A stretch of 60,775 nucleotides of DNA from a bacterium (GTDB lineage: Bacteria > Blakebacterota > Blakebacteria > Blakebacterales > JAWOFN01), in NCBI GenBank assembly GCA_046497505.1, contig JAWOFN010000125.1, positions 1-60,775 on the forward strand, given 5' to 3'. The stretch's first letter is position 1. Each line of letters begins with the position of its first letter. This document shows, piece after piece, positions 19,569 through 28,661 of this stretch. The position numbers and the translations under genes are program-made. Below the pieces are notes generated by a model that saw only the letters and a program-made list of their open reading frames with translations, had not been told where the DNA came from and did no database searches.

Positions 19569-20466
19569 GCGCTCTCTCCGGTTCCGCCCCGGCGGCGAGC
19601 CAGATGCCGGTCAGCACCACCACACCCCCCATCGCCCCTCCCACCGCCGGCGCCTCGCTCAGTATCCACCATGCCAGCAGACCGGAACCGACCGGTTCCA
19701 GCAGCACCGCGGTAGTGGTCAGGGTGGCGGAGACGTGCCCCAGCGCCCAGTTGAACGAGGTGTGACCGATGATCTGCGGAACCAGAGCGATCAGGACCAG
19801 GTAGAGGTAGGTGTTCGGGCCGAACCCGGTCAGGGGTGTGCGGGTCAGGAACGCGGCCAGCAGGGCGATGACCGCCGCCCCTCCATACACCAGGGACACG
19901 TAGGACACGGTGTCCATGGTCCGCCGCAGCCGCCGGCCCGCCAGGTAGTAGACCGCCACGCACCAGGCGCCGGCCAGGGCGAGCAGGTCCCCCAGGAGGG
20001 GTGCCCGACCGGCGAAGACCTCCCCGGCCCCCGCGTCGCTCCAGGCGATGATCAGGCTCCCCGCCACCGCCGCCATCACCCCTGCCCACGCCCTGGGTCC
20101 CACCGCCTCGCCCAGCACGCTGCGTGAGGCGAGCGCTACCCAGATCGGTGTGGTGGAGACCAGCACCACACTGGATACGACCGTGGTGTAGGAGAGGCTC
20201 AGGATCCAGGTCATGAAATGGAGGGCGAGCGCGGCTGCGGAGAGCCCGGCCAAAAGGAGTTCCCTCCGTCCCAGACCCCTCCAGGGCATCCCGCGGCCCC
20301 GGGCCACCTGGTAGAGCCCGAAGGCCAGGCCCCCCCCCGCCAGCCGCCAGGCGGTGACGGTCAGGGCGGGAGCGGCGGCCAGGCGGATGAGGACAGCGGC
20401 CGTGGAGACAGCCGCCACGCCGAGGGTCAGGACCAGCACCGCCGTCGGCCGCCGATCCCTGGTCAC
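19555..20466 (-). CDS. DMT-family (EamA) transporter
   Basis: About 10 hydrophobic segments in two EamA-like halves. The GTG at 20466 lies 8 nt after the upstream stop. The longer ORF reaching 20658 overlaps the upstream gene. Confidence 0.8.
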   Translation of the reverse strand: MTRDRRPTAVLVLTLGVAAVSTAAVLIRLAAAPALTVTAWRLAGGGLAFGLYQVARGRGMPWRGLGRRELLLAGLSAAALALHFMTWILSLSYTTVVSSVVLVSTTPIWVALASRSVLGEAVGPRAWAGVMAAVAGSLIIAWSDAGAGEVFAGRAPLLGDLLALAGAWCVAVYYLAGRRLRRTMDTVSYVSLVYGGAAVIALLAAFLTRTPLTGFGPNTYLYLVLIALVPQIIGHTSFNWALGHVSATLTTTAVLLEPVGSGLLAWWILSEAPAVGGAMGGVVVLTGIWLAAGAEPERAPTAP

Positions 20467-20473
20467 CGGACCC

Positions 20474-22297
20474 TCAGGAACCCGAGGCCAGGAGGTGGAA
20501 GATCCCCCACGCGCCGGGTCCCGCGTGCGCTCCCACCACCGGTCCGATCTCCGCCTCCAGCATGCGCACGGGTGCGAACCGCTTCCGGAATACCTCGGCC
20601 ACCCGGTCCGCCATCTCCGGGTTGCCCACATGGGCGGCCACGGCCAGCACCGAGGCACCCTCGGGGATCTCGTCCTCCAGTCGTGCCATGATCAGTTCCA
20701 GTCCCTTCTCGGAACTGCGCACCTTCGCGGCCGTCTCCAGCGTACCCTGCTGGAGCGTGAGGATGGGGCGCACCCCCAGCAGGTTGCCCATCAGACCCCG
20801 GATCTTGCTGATCCTGCCCCCCCGTACCACGTATTCCAAGGTCTCCAGCATGCAGTAGAGGCGGCTGTGGCGTCTCATCTCGTTCAGGCGGTGGGTGAGA
20901 CCTGTGAGGTCGTTACCCGCACGGATGCAGCGGGCCAGCTCCAGGCCCATGAGGCCCGCACTCAGGCTGAGGGTGCCCGAATCCGCAACCGTGATGCGCT
21001 CGGGATCCACCTCCTTGGCCGCCTGCACCGCCGCCTGGTAGGTGCCGCTCAGCTCCGCCGAGATGTGCACGGAGAGCACCTCCTCGTGCGTCTCCAGGGC
21101 ATGCTCGTAGGTCTCCTTGAAGTCGGCCAGGGAGGGCTGGCTGGTCTGGGGATGTTCCGGGTGGGTCTGCAGCAGCTCGTAGAAGCGGTCCAGGGGGAGT
21201 CCGTAGCGGTCGCGGTAGACGTCCTCCCCGAACCGGACGGTACAGGGCACCACGTGGATACCCTCCTCCACAGCGACCTCCAGCGGGAGGTCGCTGGCCG
21301 AGTCCAGCACGAGACCGATGGTCCGTTCCGACGTTCCCGTCAGGGTCTTCCTCCGGAGAGCGGTGATGGCCTCGGTCTGGATCTGCATGTCCTCGGCGTT
21401 CTGCTCCAGCACCGTGGCGACCTCCCCGAGGAGTCCCACCACCTCCTCCGGCTCGTTGGTGTGGATGTGGACCTTCACCAGGTCGGCGCCGCCGCTCACG
21501 ATGAGGGAATCGCCCCATCCTCCCAACCGCTCCCGCAGTTCGGCGGCACCGATCTCGAGGCGCTCGGCCAGAATCTGTGTGCAGTAGCGATAGGCGAGGT
21601 CACCAGCGTCTCCCGCCGCGTCGGGCAGCCCGGCGGGACCGGAGGCCAGGGACTCGGGACGCCGGGCGTGCACGGTCCCGGTATGCATGAACTCGCTGAT
21701 CCCCTCCAGCATGTGCACGAAACCCTGGGCCCCGGCGTCCACCACCTCGTGCTCCTGCAGCAGGCTCATCTGGTCCCGGGTGTGCTCCAGGGCCAGCCGG
21801 GCCCTCTCGAGGGCCCCGTCCAGTATGGCGGTGAGGTCGCGCAGCTCCCGTCCCAGGCCCTTCACCCCCTTCGACCACTCGCTCATGACGGTGAGGATGG
21901 TCCCCTCCACCGGTTCCACGATGGCCTCATATGCCCGCCTCACCCCCTCCTGGCAGGCCCGGACCAGTTCCTTCCGATGCATGCGCCGCACACCCTCCCC
22001 TATCCCCTCCAGGAAACCCCGGAGAAACTGGGCCAGGATGAACCCCGAGTTCCCCTTCGCCCCCACCAGCACCGCCCGCGCGAGAGCCTCTCTCACCTCG
22101 TCAAGGTCCGGGTCGTCCAGGTGTGCGATCCCGTCGGCGGCATAGGTCAGGGTGGCCGCCATGTTCGTCCCCGTATCACCGTCCGGCACCGGGAAGACGT
22201 TGATGGCGTTGAGGTGGTCGCGCCGGGCGTTGACGGCGTTCGCCCCGGCGATGAACGTGAGCTGCAGTCTCTTCCCGTCCAGATATCTGATGCTCAT
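20474..22297 (-). CDS. DAK2/DhaL-domain (FakA-like N-terminal and middle parts) fused to a DegV fatty-acid-binding domain
   Basis: N-terminus: NVFPVPDGDTGTNM, GNSGFIL, VVDAGAQGF and GDSLIVSGG..KVHIHTN. C-terminus: IGLVLDSASDLP...TSQPS...HISAELSGTYQ (DegV). Confidence 0.85.
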   Translation of the reverse strand: MSIRYLDGKRLQLTFIAGANAVNARRDHLNAINVFPVPDGDTGTNMAATLTYAADGIAHLDDPDLDEVREALARAVLVGAKGNSGFILAQFLRGFLEGIGEGVRRMHRKELVRACQEGVRRAYEAIVEPVEGTILTVMSEWSKGVKGLGRELRDLTAILDGALERARLALEHTRDQMSLLQEHEVVDAGAQGFVHMLEGISEFMHTGTVHARRPESLASGPAGLPDAAGDAGDLAYRYCTQILAERLEIGAAELRERLGGWGDSLIVSGGADLVKVHIHTNEPEEVVGLLGEVATVLEQNAEDMQIQTEAITALRRKTLTGTSERTIGLVLDSASDLPLEVAVEEGIHVVPCTVRFGEDVYRDRYGLPLDRFYELLQTHPEHPQTSQPSLADFKETYEHALETHEEVLSVHISAELSGTYQAAVQAAKEVDPERITVADSGTLSLSAGLMGLELARCIRAGNDLTGLTHRLNEMRRHSRLYCMLETLEYVVRGGRISKIRGLMGNLLGVRPILTLQQGTLETAAKVRSSEKGLELIMARLEDEIPEGASVLAVAAHVGNPEMADRVAEVFRKRFAPVRMLEAEIGPVVGAHAGPGAWGIFHLLASGS

Positions 22298-22391
22298 GGT
22301 GGCAGAGTCTATCCCTGGCGCCTACCCTGTCAAGACACGCTGTCCCGGCACCGCCGGGACGAGAGGCACGGGCTCGAACAAGGACCCCTCG

Positions 22392-23012
22392 ATGATCATC
22401 GAACCGCAGGGACTCACAGGCCGGGAGGCGTACAAGCTCATGATCAGCCTGGTGGTCCCCCGACCCATCGCCTGGGTCACCAGCATGGGCCCCGGGGGCG
22501 CGGTGAACGCCGCCCCCTTCAGCTACTTCAACGGCGTCACCAGCCGCCCCCCCATCGTGGCGGTGAGCGTGGCCCAGGGCAGGGAGGGGCCCAAGGACAC
22601 CGCCCGGAACATCGAGTCGCGGGGACGGTTCGTCGTGAACTTCGTGGACGAGGAACACGCGGAGGATATGAACCGGACCGCCACCGAATATCCCTACGGG
22701 GTGAGTGAGCCGGAGGAGGTGGGCCTGGAGCTGGTCGGGGGGGAGACGGCCGACGTACCCGGGCTGGCGGCCTCACCCGCCCGGATCGAGTGCAGCGTGG
22801 TCCGAATCATCCCCGTGGGGGATCCTCCGGCAGCCCACATCCTGGGCAGGGTGGAGGCGTTCCTCCTGGCTGAGGGGATCACCTGGGACCGGGCCAAGGG
22901 GGTGGATCCCGGCGACCTCCGCCTCATCGGGCGGATGGGGCAGAACCGCTACTGCACCACCCGCGACCTGCTGACCATCGACCGGATCCCCTACCCCCCG
23001 GACCGGACCTGA
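22392..23012 (+). CDS. Flavin reductase-like FMN-binding protein
   Basis: PRPIAWVTS...NAAPFSYFN motif. The ATG is at 22392 inside the longer ORF. Confidence 0.85.
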   Translation: MIIEPQGLTGREAYKLMISLVVPRPIAWVTSMGPGGAVNAAPFSYFNGVTSRPPIVAVSVAQGREGPKDTARNIESRGRFVVNFVDEEHAEDMNRTATEYPYGVSEPEEVGLELVGGETADVPGLAASPARIECSVVRIIPVGDPPAAHILGRVEAFLLAEGITWDRAKGVDPGDLRLIGRMGQNRYCTTRDLLTIDRIPYPPDRT

Positions 23013-23497
23013 TCCTCCGGTCCTCCGGCCAGGTGACGGAGGGCGAGGAGGGCGGGGCGGAAGCCGGGCTGCTGCTCCAGGGCCTTTCGGAAGCTCTCCG
23101 CCGCTTCGGCGATCCGCCCGAGCCGGTGCAGCGCCCTTCCCCGATGGTAGTGGGGATGGCAGTGTGACTGGCAGCGCGGGGCCTCCAGGGCCCGGTCGAG
23201 CCACGAGAGGGCCTCCTCCAGTCGCTCCTGCTCGATGAGGTAGGCCCCGATGTCGTTGTAGGGGTTGCTGAAGGATGGATCGATCTCGATGGCCTTGCGG
23301 CACTGCTCGATGGCCTCCTCCAGCCGCCCCTGGAAGGAATACGCCCACCCGAGGAAGGTGTAGGCCTCGGCGGTGGGCAGGAGTTCGAGGGACCTGCGGT
23401 AGTGGTACACCGCACGCTTCACATCCCCTGCCCGCTGGTGACGGAACGCCACCCGGAAGGCACGGACCGCCTCCCTCTTCATGGCTTCGGAAGACAT
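22991..23497 (-). CDS. Tetratricopeptide-repeat protein
   Basis: Repeated TPR-like units (AYTFLGWAYSFQGRLEEAIEQCRKAIEIDP...). The ATG is at 23497. Confidence 0.75.
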   Translation of the reverse strand: MSSEAMKREAVRAFRVAFRHQRAGDVKRAVYHYRRSLELLPTAEAYTFLGWAYSFQGRLEEAIEQCRKAIEIDPSFSNPYNDIGAYLIEQERLEEALSWLDRALEAPRCQSHCHPHYHRGRALHRLGRIAEAAESFRKALEQQPGFRPALLALRHLAGGPEDQVRSGG

Positions 23498-23557
23498 CTC
23501 CCCATCATTGTGGTGTGCGGGTGTGACAGGAGGGCTCCGGGAGACTATCCTGACCCG

Positions 23558-24277
23558 ATGATGAGCCCCGACGACCCGCATCCAGACTCCCGGCGTCCGT
23601 ATCCTCCCTCGACCGGACAGCGGCTCACCGCCCTGGCGGCCCGGGGACTCATACGCCTGCTGGGCGCCACCCTCCGCTACCGCGTGGAGGGCACCGTTCA
23701 CCTGGATGAGGCCCGCAGCCGCGGACCGGAGGGAAGGGTGGTCTTCGCCTTCTGGCACGGTCGCCAGTTCCCCCTGGTCTATCACTGGAGGGACCGGGAC
23801 GTGGCCATCCTCACCAGTCTGAGCCGGGACGGCACCCTCCAGGGTATGGTCCTCGGCGGCCTCGGGTACCATATCGTCCGAGGGTCATCGAGCCGGGGGG
23901 CCGTACGCGGACTGGTGGGCATGATCCGGGCGGTCCGTGACGGGAGGGACGCGGCCTTCGCCGTGGACGGTCCCCGGGGTCCGGCGGGTGAGGTGAAGCC
24001 GGGGATACTCTACCTGGCGGCCCGCACCGGGCTCCCCGTGCTCCCCATCACCTCCGCCGCCCGGAACGCCCGCGTCTTCGAGGACGCCTGGGACCGCTAC
24101 CTCCTCCCCCTGCCCTTCACCCGGACCGCGGTGGTCTACGGTGATCCCATCCAGGTCCCCCTGGGGACGGACGAGAGCGTGATGGAACAGATGCGCGGGG
24201 AACTGGCCCGGAGGCTGGTCCGGGTCACCCGCAGGGCGGAGGAGCTGGTCGGGGGGGGTCACTTCAGGCGGTCGTAG
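23558..24277 (+). CDS. DUF374 / lysophospholipid acyltransferase-superfamily protein
   Basis: FWHGRQF...SLSRDG...VDGPRGP pattern typical of DUF374. Confidence 0.75.
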   Translation: MMSPDDPHPDSRRPYPPSTGQRLTALAARGLIRLLGATLRYRVEGTVHLDEARSRGPEGRVVFAFWHGRQFPLVYHWRDRDVAILTSLSRDGTLQGMVLGGLGYHIVRGSSSRGAVRGLVGMIRAVRDGRDAAFAVDGPRGPAGEVKPGILYLAARTGLPVLPITSAARNARVFEDAWDRYLLPLPFTRTAVVYGDPIQVPLGTDESVMEQMRGELARRLVRVTRRAEELVGGGHFRRS

Positions 24278-24807
24278 TCCACACCCTGCTGCTGTTCCTC
24301 CAAGCGGGCCAGGAGGAAGAGCACATCGGAGAGGCGGTTGATCCACGGCTGCAGGTGGGGGCTGAGGACACCTTCCCCCTCAAAGGCGGCCAGGGCGGAG
24401 GTGCTGCGTTCCAGTCGCCGCGTCACGCTCCGGGCCAGGTCGAGGGCGGCCCCGGCGGGACATCCCCCGGGGATCACGAAGACCGGGGGGAGTTCCACCT
24501 GCGCCTCCAGTTCCTCCACCTGGGTGTCCAGTTCGACCAGATGCTCCTCTTCCAGACGTTCCTCGAGCCGGTCCAGGCGCCCGGGAGAGGTGGCCAGCTC
24601 GGAACCCACCACGAAGCAGCGGCGCTGGATCTCCCGGAGGGTCTTCCGCACCCGCGGGGAAGAGGCCAGCGCGCGGGCCAGCCCCATGGCGGAGACCGCC
24701 TCGTCCAGGTCGCCGTACGCCGCGGGACGGGGATGGTGCTTGCTCACCTCCTCGCCCGAGAAGAGCCGGGTGGTCCCGTCGTCACCCTCACGTGTCGAGA
24801 TGCTCAT
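24259..24807 (-). CDS. PduO-type ATP:cob(I)alamin adenosyltransferase
   Basis: TREGDDGTT..L..G..V.K motif and helical-bundle C-terminus. The start overlaps the moaE stop by 4 nt. Confidence 0.85.
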   Translation of the reverse strand: MSISTREGDDGTTRLFSGEEVSKHHPRPAAYGDLDEAVSAMGLARALASSPRVRKTLREIQRRCFVVGSELATSPGRLDRLEERLEEEHLVELDTQVEELEAQVELPPVFVIPGGCPAGAALDLARSVTRRLERSTSALAAFEGEGVLSPHLQPWINRLSDVLFLLARLEEQQQGVDYDRLK

Positions 24808-25271
24808 CCTGATCCCTCGTCCCTTCCTTCTCCCGGGGGGCGGAGAGGGACTTCTTCCTGCCACCGCTCCCCTCCGGGACCCGATTCCCTCTTCCAGACC
24901 GGGAGACGCTCTTTCAGCGAATCGATGATGTGACGGCAAGCCTCAAAGGCCTCGTTCCGGTGGGGGGCGGAGACCCCCGCGATCACGCTCACCCTCCCGA
25001 TCTCCATCTCCCCCAGGCTGTGACCGCCCGCCACCCGGCTCCCGGGCCAGCGCCCGGACGTCTCCCGGAGGACTTGGTCCAGCACGTCCTGCGCCATCTC
25101 ACGGTAGGCATGGTATGCCAGCCTCACCACCTCCCTCCCCTCATGGTGGTCACGGACCTGACCGGTCATGAGTACGGTGGCTCCGCAGGCGGGGTCCTGG
25201 AGCTGCTCCCACCACTCGGCGGGCTCCAGGACCTCCTCGGTGACCTCACTCCTGACCACGGGCATGTTCAC
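24804..25271 (-). CDS. moaE: Molybdopterin synthase catalytic subunit
   Basis: GATVLMTGQVRD...APHR..AFEAC...LKERLPVWK. Confidence 0.88.
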   Translation of the reverse strand: MNMPVVRSEVTEEVLEPAEWWEQLQDPACGATVLMTGQVRDHHEGREVVRLAYHAYREMAQDVLDQVLRETSGRWPGSRVAGGHSLGEMEIGRVSVIAGVSAPHRNEAFEACRHIIDSLKERLPVWKRESGPGGERWQEEVPLRPPGEGRDEGSG

Positions 25272-25513
25272 CCTCCGCTCACCGGGGGGAGCAGGGCGAT
25301 CTCCTCTCCCGGAGTCACCGCTTCACTCGACCGTACCAGTCGCCGATCCACCGCCACGGCCGACCTCTCCACAAGCTCGGCGGACTCCGGGAACCGCTCG
25401 GCCACGGCACACTTCAGATCCGCAGCAGTGGCCTCCTCCGGGAGCGCCACCTGGATCCGCTCACCGACGGCCTCCTTCAGTCCTGCGAAGAGATGGACGG
25501 TGACGGTCGGCAT
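25268..25513 (-). CDS. moaD: MoaD/ThiS-family sulfur carrier
   Basis: 81 aa ending in PPVSGG; 4-nt overlap with moaE. Confidence 0.85.
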   Translation of the reverse strand: MPTVTVHLFAGLKEAVGERIQVALPEEATAADLKCAVAERFPESAELVERSAVAVDRRLVRSSEAVTPGEEIALLPPVSGG

Positions 25514-25515
25514 GG

Positions 25516-26541
25516 TCAGTTCCCCACGAATCGGGCATAGAGGCTGCGGGCCCGATCCGGCTCCTCCGTACCCTGGATGAGGGCCCGGCCGTCAGCGAAG
25601 ACGGTCATACGGACCCCTTCGGCGTCGAACTGCAGCAGGTAGGGGTTCTTCCGCACGGTCCCCACCTGGGCGGAGAGCCTGCGGGCCAGGGCCTCCAGGT
25701 CCATCTCCCCCGCTCCCATGCGGCCCCCCGGCGGGCTGACGTGGACGCTCCCCCCCCCGCAGGGGCGCACGGCCATGCCCGGGACCTCCGCGTCCAGGAA
25801 GTCGTATCGATGCCGACCGCATGCCGGGCACTGCGGGTCCGGCTCCCCCTCCTCCAGCCTGACCAGCCTGCCGCTGCGGGGGTCCAGGTGCACCAGACCG
25901 CCGGGGGGGGGCTCTCCCATGAGGAACTGGAGGGCGGCGCTGGCCTCCAGGGAGGCGACCACCCGGACGGTGGGGGACCATACCCCCGCCGTCTCGCATG
26001 TGGCCACGCTGCCGGCCGGCGGCGGGTCGGGGAAGAGACAGCGCAGGCAGGGGGTGCGGCCGGGTCGGATGGCCGCCATGGTCCCCTCGCTCCCCAGTAC
26101 GCCGCCATAGGCCCAGGGGCGCCCGGTCTTCACCGCCACGTCGTTGATGAGGTACCGGGTCTCGTAGTTGTCCGTACCGTCCACCAGCACGTCCGCTCCA
26201 TCCAGCAGGCCGAGAGCGCTCCGAGCGTCCAGGTCGGCGACGTGCACGGTGAGTCCGATCCGGGGATCGACGGCCTCCAGGTGCCTGCGGGCGGCCTCCG
26301 CCTTGGGCAGGCGCTCCGCGACGTCCTCTTCGGTGTAGAGAGCCTGGCGCTGCAGGTTGTGGAGTTCCAGCACGTCCCGGTCGATGAGGGTGAGACGGCC
26401 CACCCCGGCCCGCACCAGCAGGTCGGCGGCGGAGGACCCGAGGGCACCCAGACCCACGACCGCCGCGTGGCCGGAGCCGATACGCTCCTGCCCTTCCCTT
26501 CCCACACCGGGCAGGACGGTCTGTCGGGAGTAGCGGTCCAT
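25516..26541 (-). CDS. moeB: MoeB/ThiF-family adenylyltransferase
   Basis: RYSRQ, GLGALGS nucleotide loop, two CxxC pairs, and a C-terminal FADGRALIQGT domain. Confidence 0.88.
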   Translation of the reverse strand: MDRYSRQTVLPGVGREGQERIGSGHAAVVGLGALGSSAADLLVRAGVGRLTLIDRDVLELHNLQRQALYTEEDVAERLPKAEAARRHLEAVDPRIGLTVHVADLDARSALGLLDGADVLVDGTDNYETRYLINDVAVKTGRPWAYGGVLGSEGTMAAIRPGRTPCLRCLFPDPPPAGSVATCETAGVWSPTVRVVASLEASAALQFLMGEPPPGGLVHLDPRSGRLVRLEEGEPDPQCPACGRHRYDFLDAEVPGMAVRPCGGGSVHVSPPGGRMGAGEMDLEALARRLSAQVGTVRKNPYLLQFDAEGVRMTVFADGRALIQGTEEPDRARSLYARFVGN

Positions 26542-26551
26542 GATCCGGTCT

Positions 26552-26656
26552 TCAAGGTTCGCGGACTACGCCTTCGACGATCAGTCCGATCCCCAGCAGG
26601 AGGTTGAGTCCAAGGAGGGCCATGTAGATGCCGAGGTGGGCCGGGGCCTCCTTCAC
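26552..26656 (-). CDS. Possible 34-aa single-TM small protein, translationally coupled to the tlpA-like gene
   Basis: The GTG overlaps the tlpA-like stop (AGTGAAGGAGG). The translation VKEAPAHLGIYMALLGLNLLLGIGLIVEGVVREP has one hydrophobic helix. It is too short for the ORF track. Confidence 0.25.
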   Translation of the reverse strand: MKEAPAHLGIYMALLGLNLLLGIGLIVEGVVREP

Positions 26657-27225
26657 TGCGCCCTTCGTTCCATGACGGTCCGCCGGATCTCCTCGCCCAG
26701 TGTGTCCTCGTACCCCTCCCAAACGGCCATGATCGTGCGGTCGGTGTCCAGGAGGACGAAGCGGGGCCAGCTCTCCACCCCGTAGCTCTCACTGATGGAT
26801 CCATCACCGTCGAGCACCGAGGGGTAGGTCATCCCGAAATCCCGGATGCCGGCCCTCGCTGTCGCCATGTCCTCCATGTAGTTGACGCCCACGATGTTGA
26901 GCGGCGGATACCCCTCGCTCATCTCCTCCCTCAGCGCTTCGAGCTGGGGGGTGGACCGCTCGCACCACTGGCACCAGGAGGCCCAGAAGTCCAGCAGCAC
27001 AAGTTCCCCCTTCAGGTCGTGGAGGTGGAACTCGCCGCCGTCGGTGGTCCGGCCGACGATGTCGGGTGCCAGCTCGCCCCGGACGATCTCCGAGTAGAGG
27101 CCCCCGGGGCCCGCGAGATAGAAGATCAAGACCACCGCGATAAGGCCGGTGAAGACCCGCCGCCGGTTCCTTCGGGAGGTGTTTTCGTTGTTCGCGCTCG
27201 CTTTCTCATCCATAGCGGTACCCAA
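26653..27225 (-). CDS. TlpA/ResA-like thioredoxin-fold thiol-disulfide oxidoreductase
   Basis: N-terminal TM anchor and LLDFWASWCQWC active site. Confidence 0.85.
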   Translation of the reverse strand: MGTAMDEKASANNENTSRRNRRRVFTGLIAVVLIFYLAGPGGLYSEIVRGELAPDIVGRTTDGGEFHLHDLKGELVLLDFWASWCQWCERSTPQLEALREEMSEGYPPLNIVGVNYMEDMATARAGIRDFGMTYPSVLDGDGSISESYGVESWPRFVLLDTDRTIMAVWEGYEDTLGEEIRRTVMERRAQ

Positions 27226-27273
27226 GGTATAGGGGGTCGAGGTCCTCGTCAGGTGGATTTGACGCCCGGGGTC

Positions 27274-28611
27274 TCAGTCGAGTTCCTCCCGCTCCGGGTC
27301 CACGCTCCGCCGGTAGTAATGGCGGAAGCGCTCCACGATGAGGGCCTCCTTCTCTTCCAGCCCCTTTTCCTCCCTCTTCAGGAGGTCGTGGAGTTCCTGC
27401 ACGGTCAGCTCCCCGAACCGGGCCATGTCCTCGGGATCGACCGGGTCCATGTTCCCTGATTCCAGGATCGAGACCACCCGGGAGAGGGGGAGGGCCTTGA
27501 ACGCCTCCACGAACGCCTGCTGGAAGTGGGTCCCGGAGTCGCTGTCGAGGATCTCCATGACCCGCTTGAACTCCATGCGGTCCCGATAGTGCCGGCGGCT
27601 CGTGATGGCGTCGAACACATCCCCCACCGCCATGATGCGGCCTGCCTCGGGGATCTCCTCCCCTGCCAGTCCCAGCGGGTACCCGTCGCCGTCCACCTTC
27701 TCGTGGTGGGTGGCGGCCATCATGGGGATCTCCTGTTTCTCCCGGTCGAAGTGGATCTTGTTGAGGATGTTGAGGGTATGCCGGGCGTGGGACTTGATGA
27801 TCTCGAACTCATCGTCGCTGAGCCGGCCGTCCTTGAAGAGCACCGACTCCGGCACCCCGATCTTGCCGATGTCGTGGAGCAGGGCCGCCACTCTTAGGAT
27901 CTCCAGCTGCTTCTCGGAGTAGCCCACCTCCTCGGCGATGGCCACCGTGTAGGCGGTGACCCGCTTGCTGTGCCCCGCGGTGATGGGGTCCCGGGCGTCC
28001 ATCGCGGTGGAGAGGGTCTCCACGAAGGAGACGAACGACTTCTTCTGCTCCTCGTAGAGCTGGGCGTTCTCCACCGCCACCGCGGCCTGACCCGCGAGGG
28101 CACAGAGCAGTTCGACGTCCTCGGAGGTGAAGGTCCCCTCTCCCTGTTTGTTCAGGACCTGCATGACCCCGACCCGCTCTCCCTTCTTGTCGTTCATGGG
28201 CACGGCCAGCACCGAGCGGGTCCGGTAGCCCGTTCGGCGATCCCACTCCTGGTTGAACCGCTCGTCCTCGTAGGCCTCCTCGATGTTCACCACCTCGCCC
28301 GTGGTGGCCACATGACCCGCCAGTCCCGCCTCCATGGGGAAGCGGATCTCGGTGAACCGGACTCCCTGGGCCACCTTCGACCAGAGCTCTTCGCTCTTCC
28401 AGTCGATGAGGAAGATGCTGGAACGGTCGGCCTCCATCACCTGGGTGGTCTTCCGTGCGATGAGGTCGAGGAGGTGGTCCAGGTCGAGGGTGCCTCCCAG
28501 GGCGCGCATGACCTCGTAGACGGCCCGGTAACGGGCCGCCTCACGGCGGAGTTCTTCCGTATCGGATCCTGCGCCGGGACCGTGACCTGCATGTGGGGCC
28601 TCTTCGGACAT
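27274..28611 (-). CDS. GAF-domain HD-GYP phosphodiesterase
   Basis: GAF region, then HDIGKIGVP and HHEKVDGDGYPLG. Confidence 0.9.
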   Translation of the reverse strand: MSEEAPHAGHGPGAGSDTEELRREAARYRAVYEVMRALGGTLDLDHLLDLIARKTTQVMEADRSSIFLIDWKSEELWSKVAQGVRFTEIRFPMEAGLAGHVATTGEVVNIEEAYEDERFNQEWDRRTGYRTRSVLAVPMNDKKGERVGVMQVLNKQGEGTFTSEDVELLCALAGQAAVAVENAQLYEEQKKSFVSFVETLSTAMDARDPITAGHSKRVTAYTVAIAEEVGYSEKQLEILRVAALLHDIGKIGVPESVLFKDGRLSDDEFEIIKSHARHTLNILNKIHFDREKQEIPMMAATHHEKVDGDGYPLGLAGEEIPEAGRIMAVGDVFDAITSRRHYRDRMEFKRVMEILDSDSGTHFQQAFVEAFKALPLSRVVSILESGNMDPVDPEDMARFGELTVQELHDLLKREEKGLEEKEALIVERFRHYYRRSVDPEREELD

Positions 28612-28661
28612 ACCTCGTGCTCCTGGGTGGGGGGTTCTCCAGCAACCGCAGGGAAGCCTGC

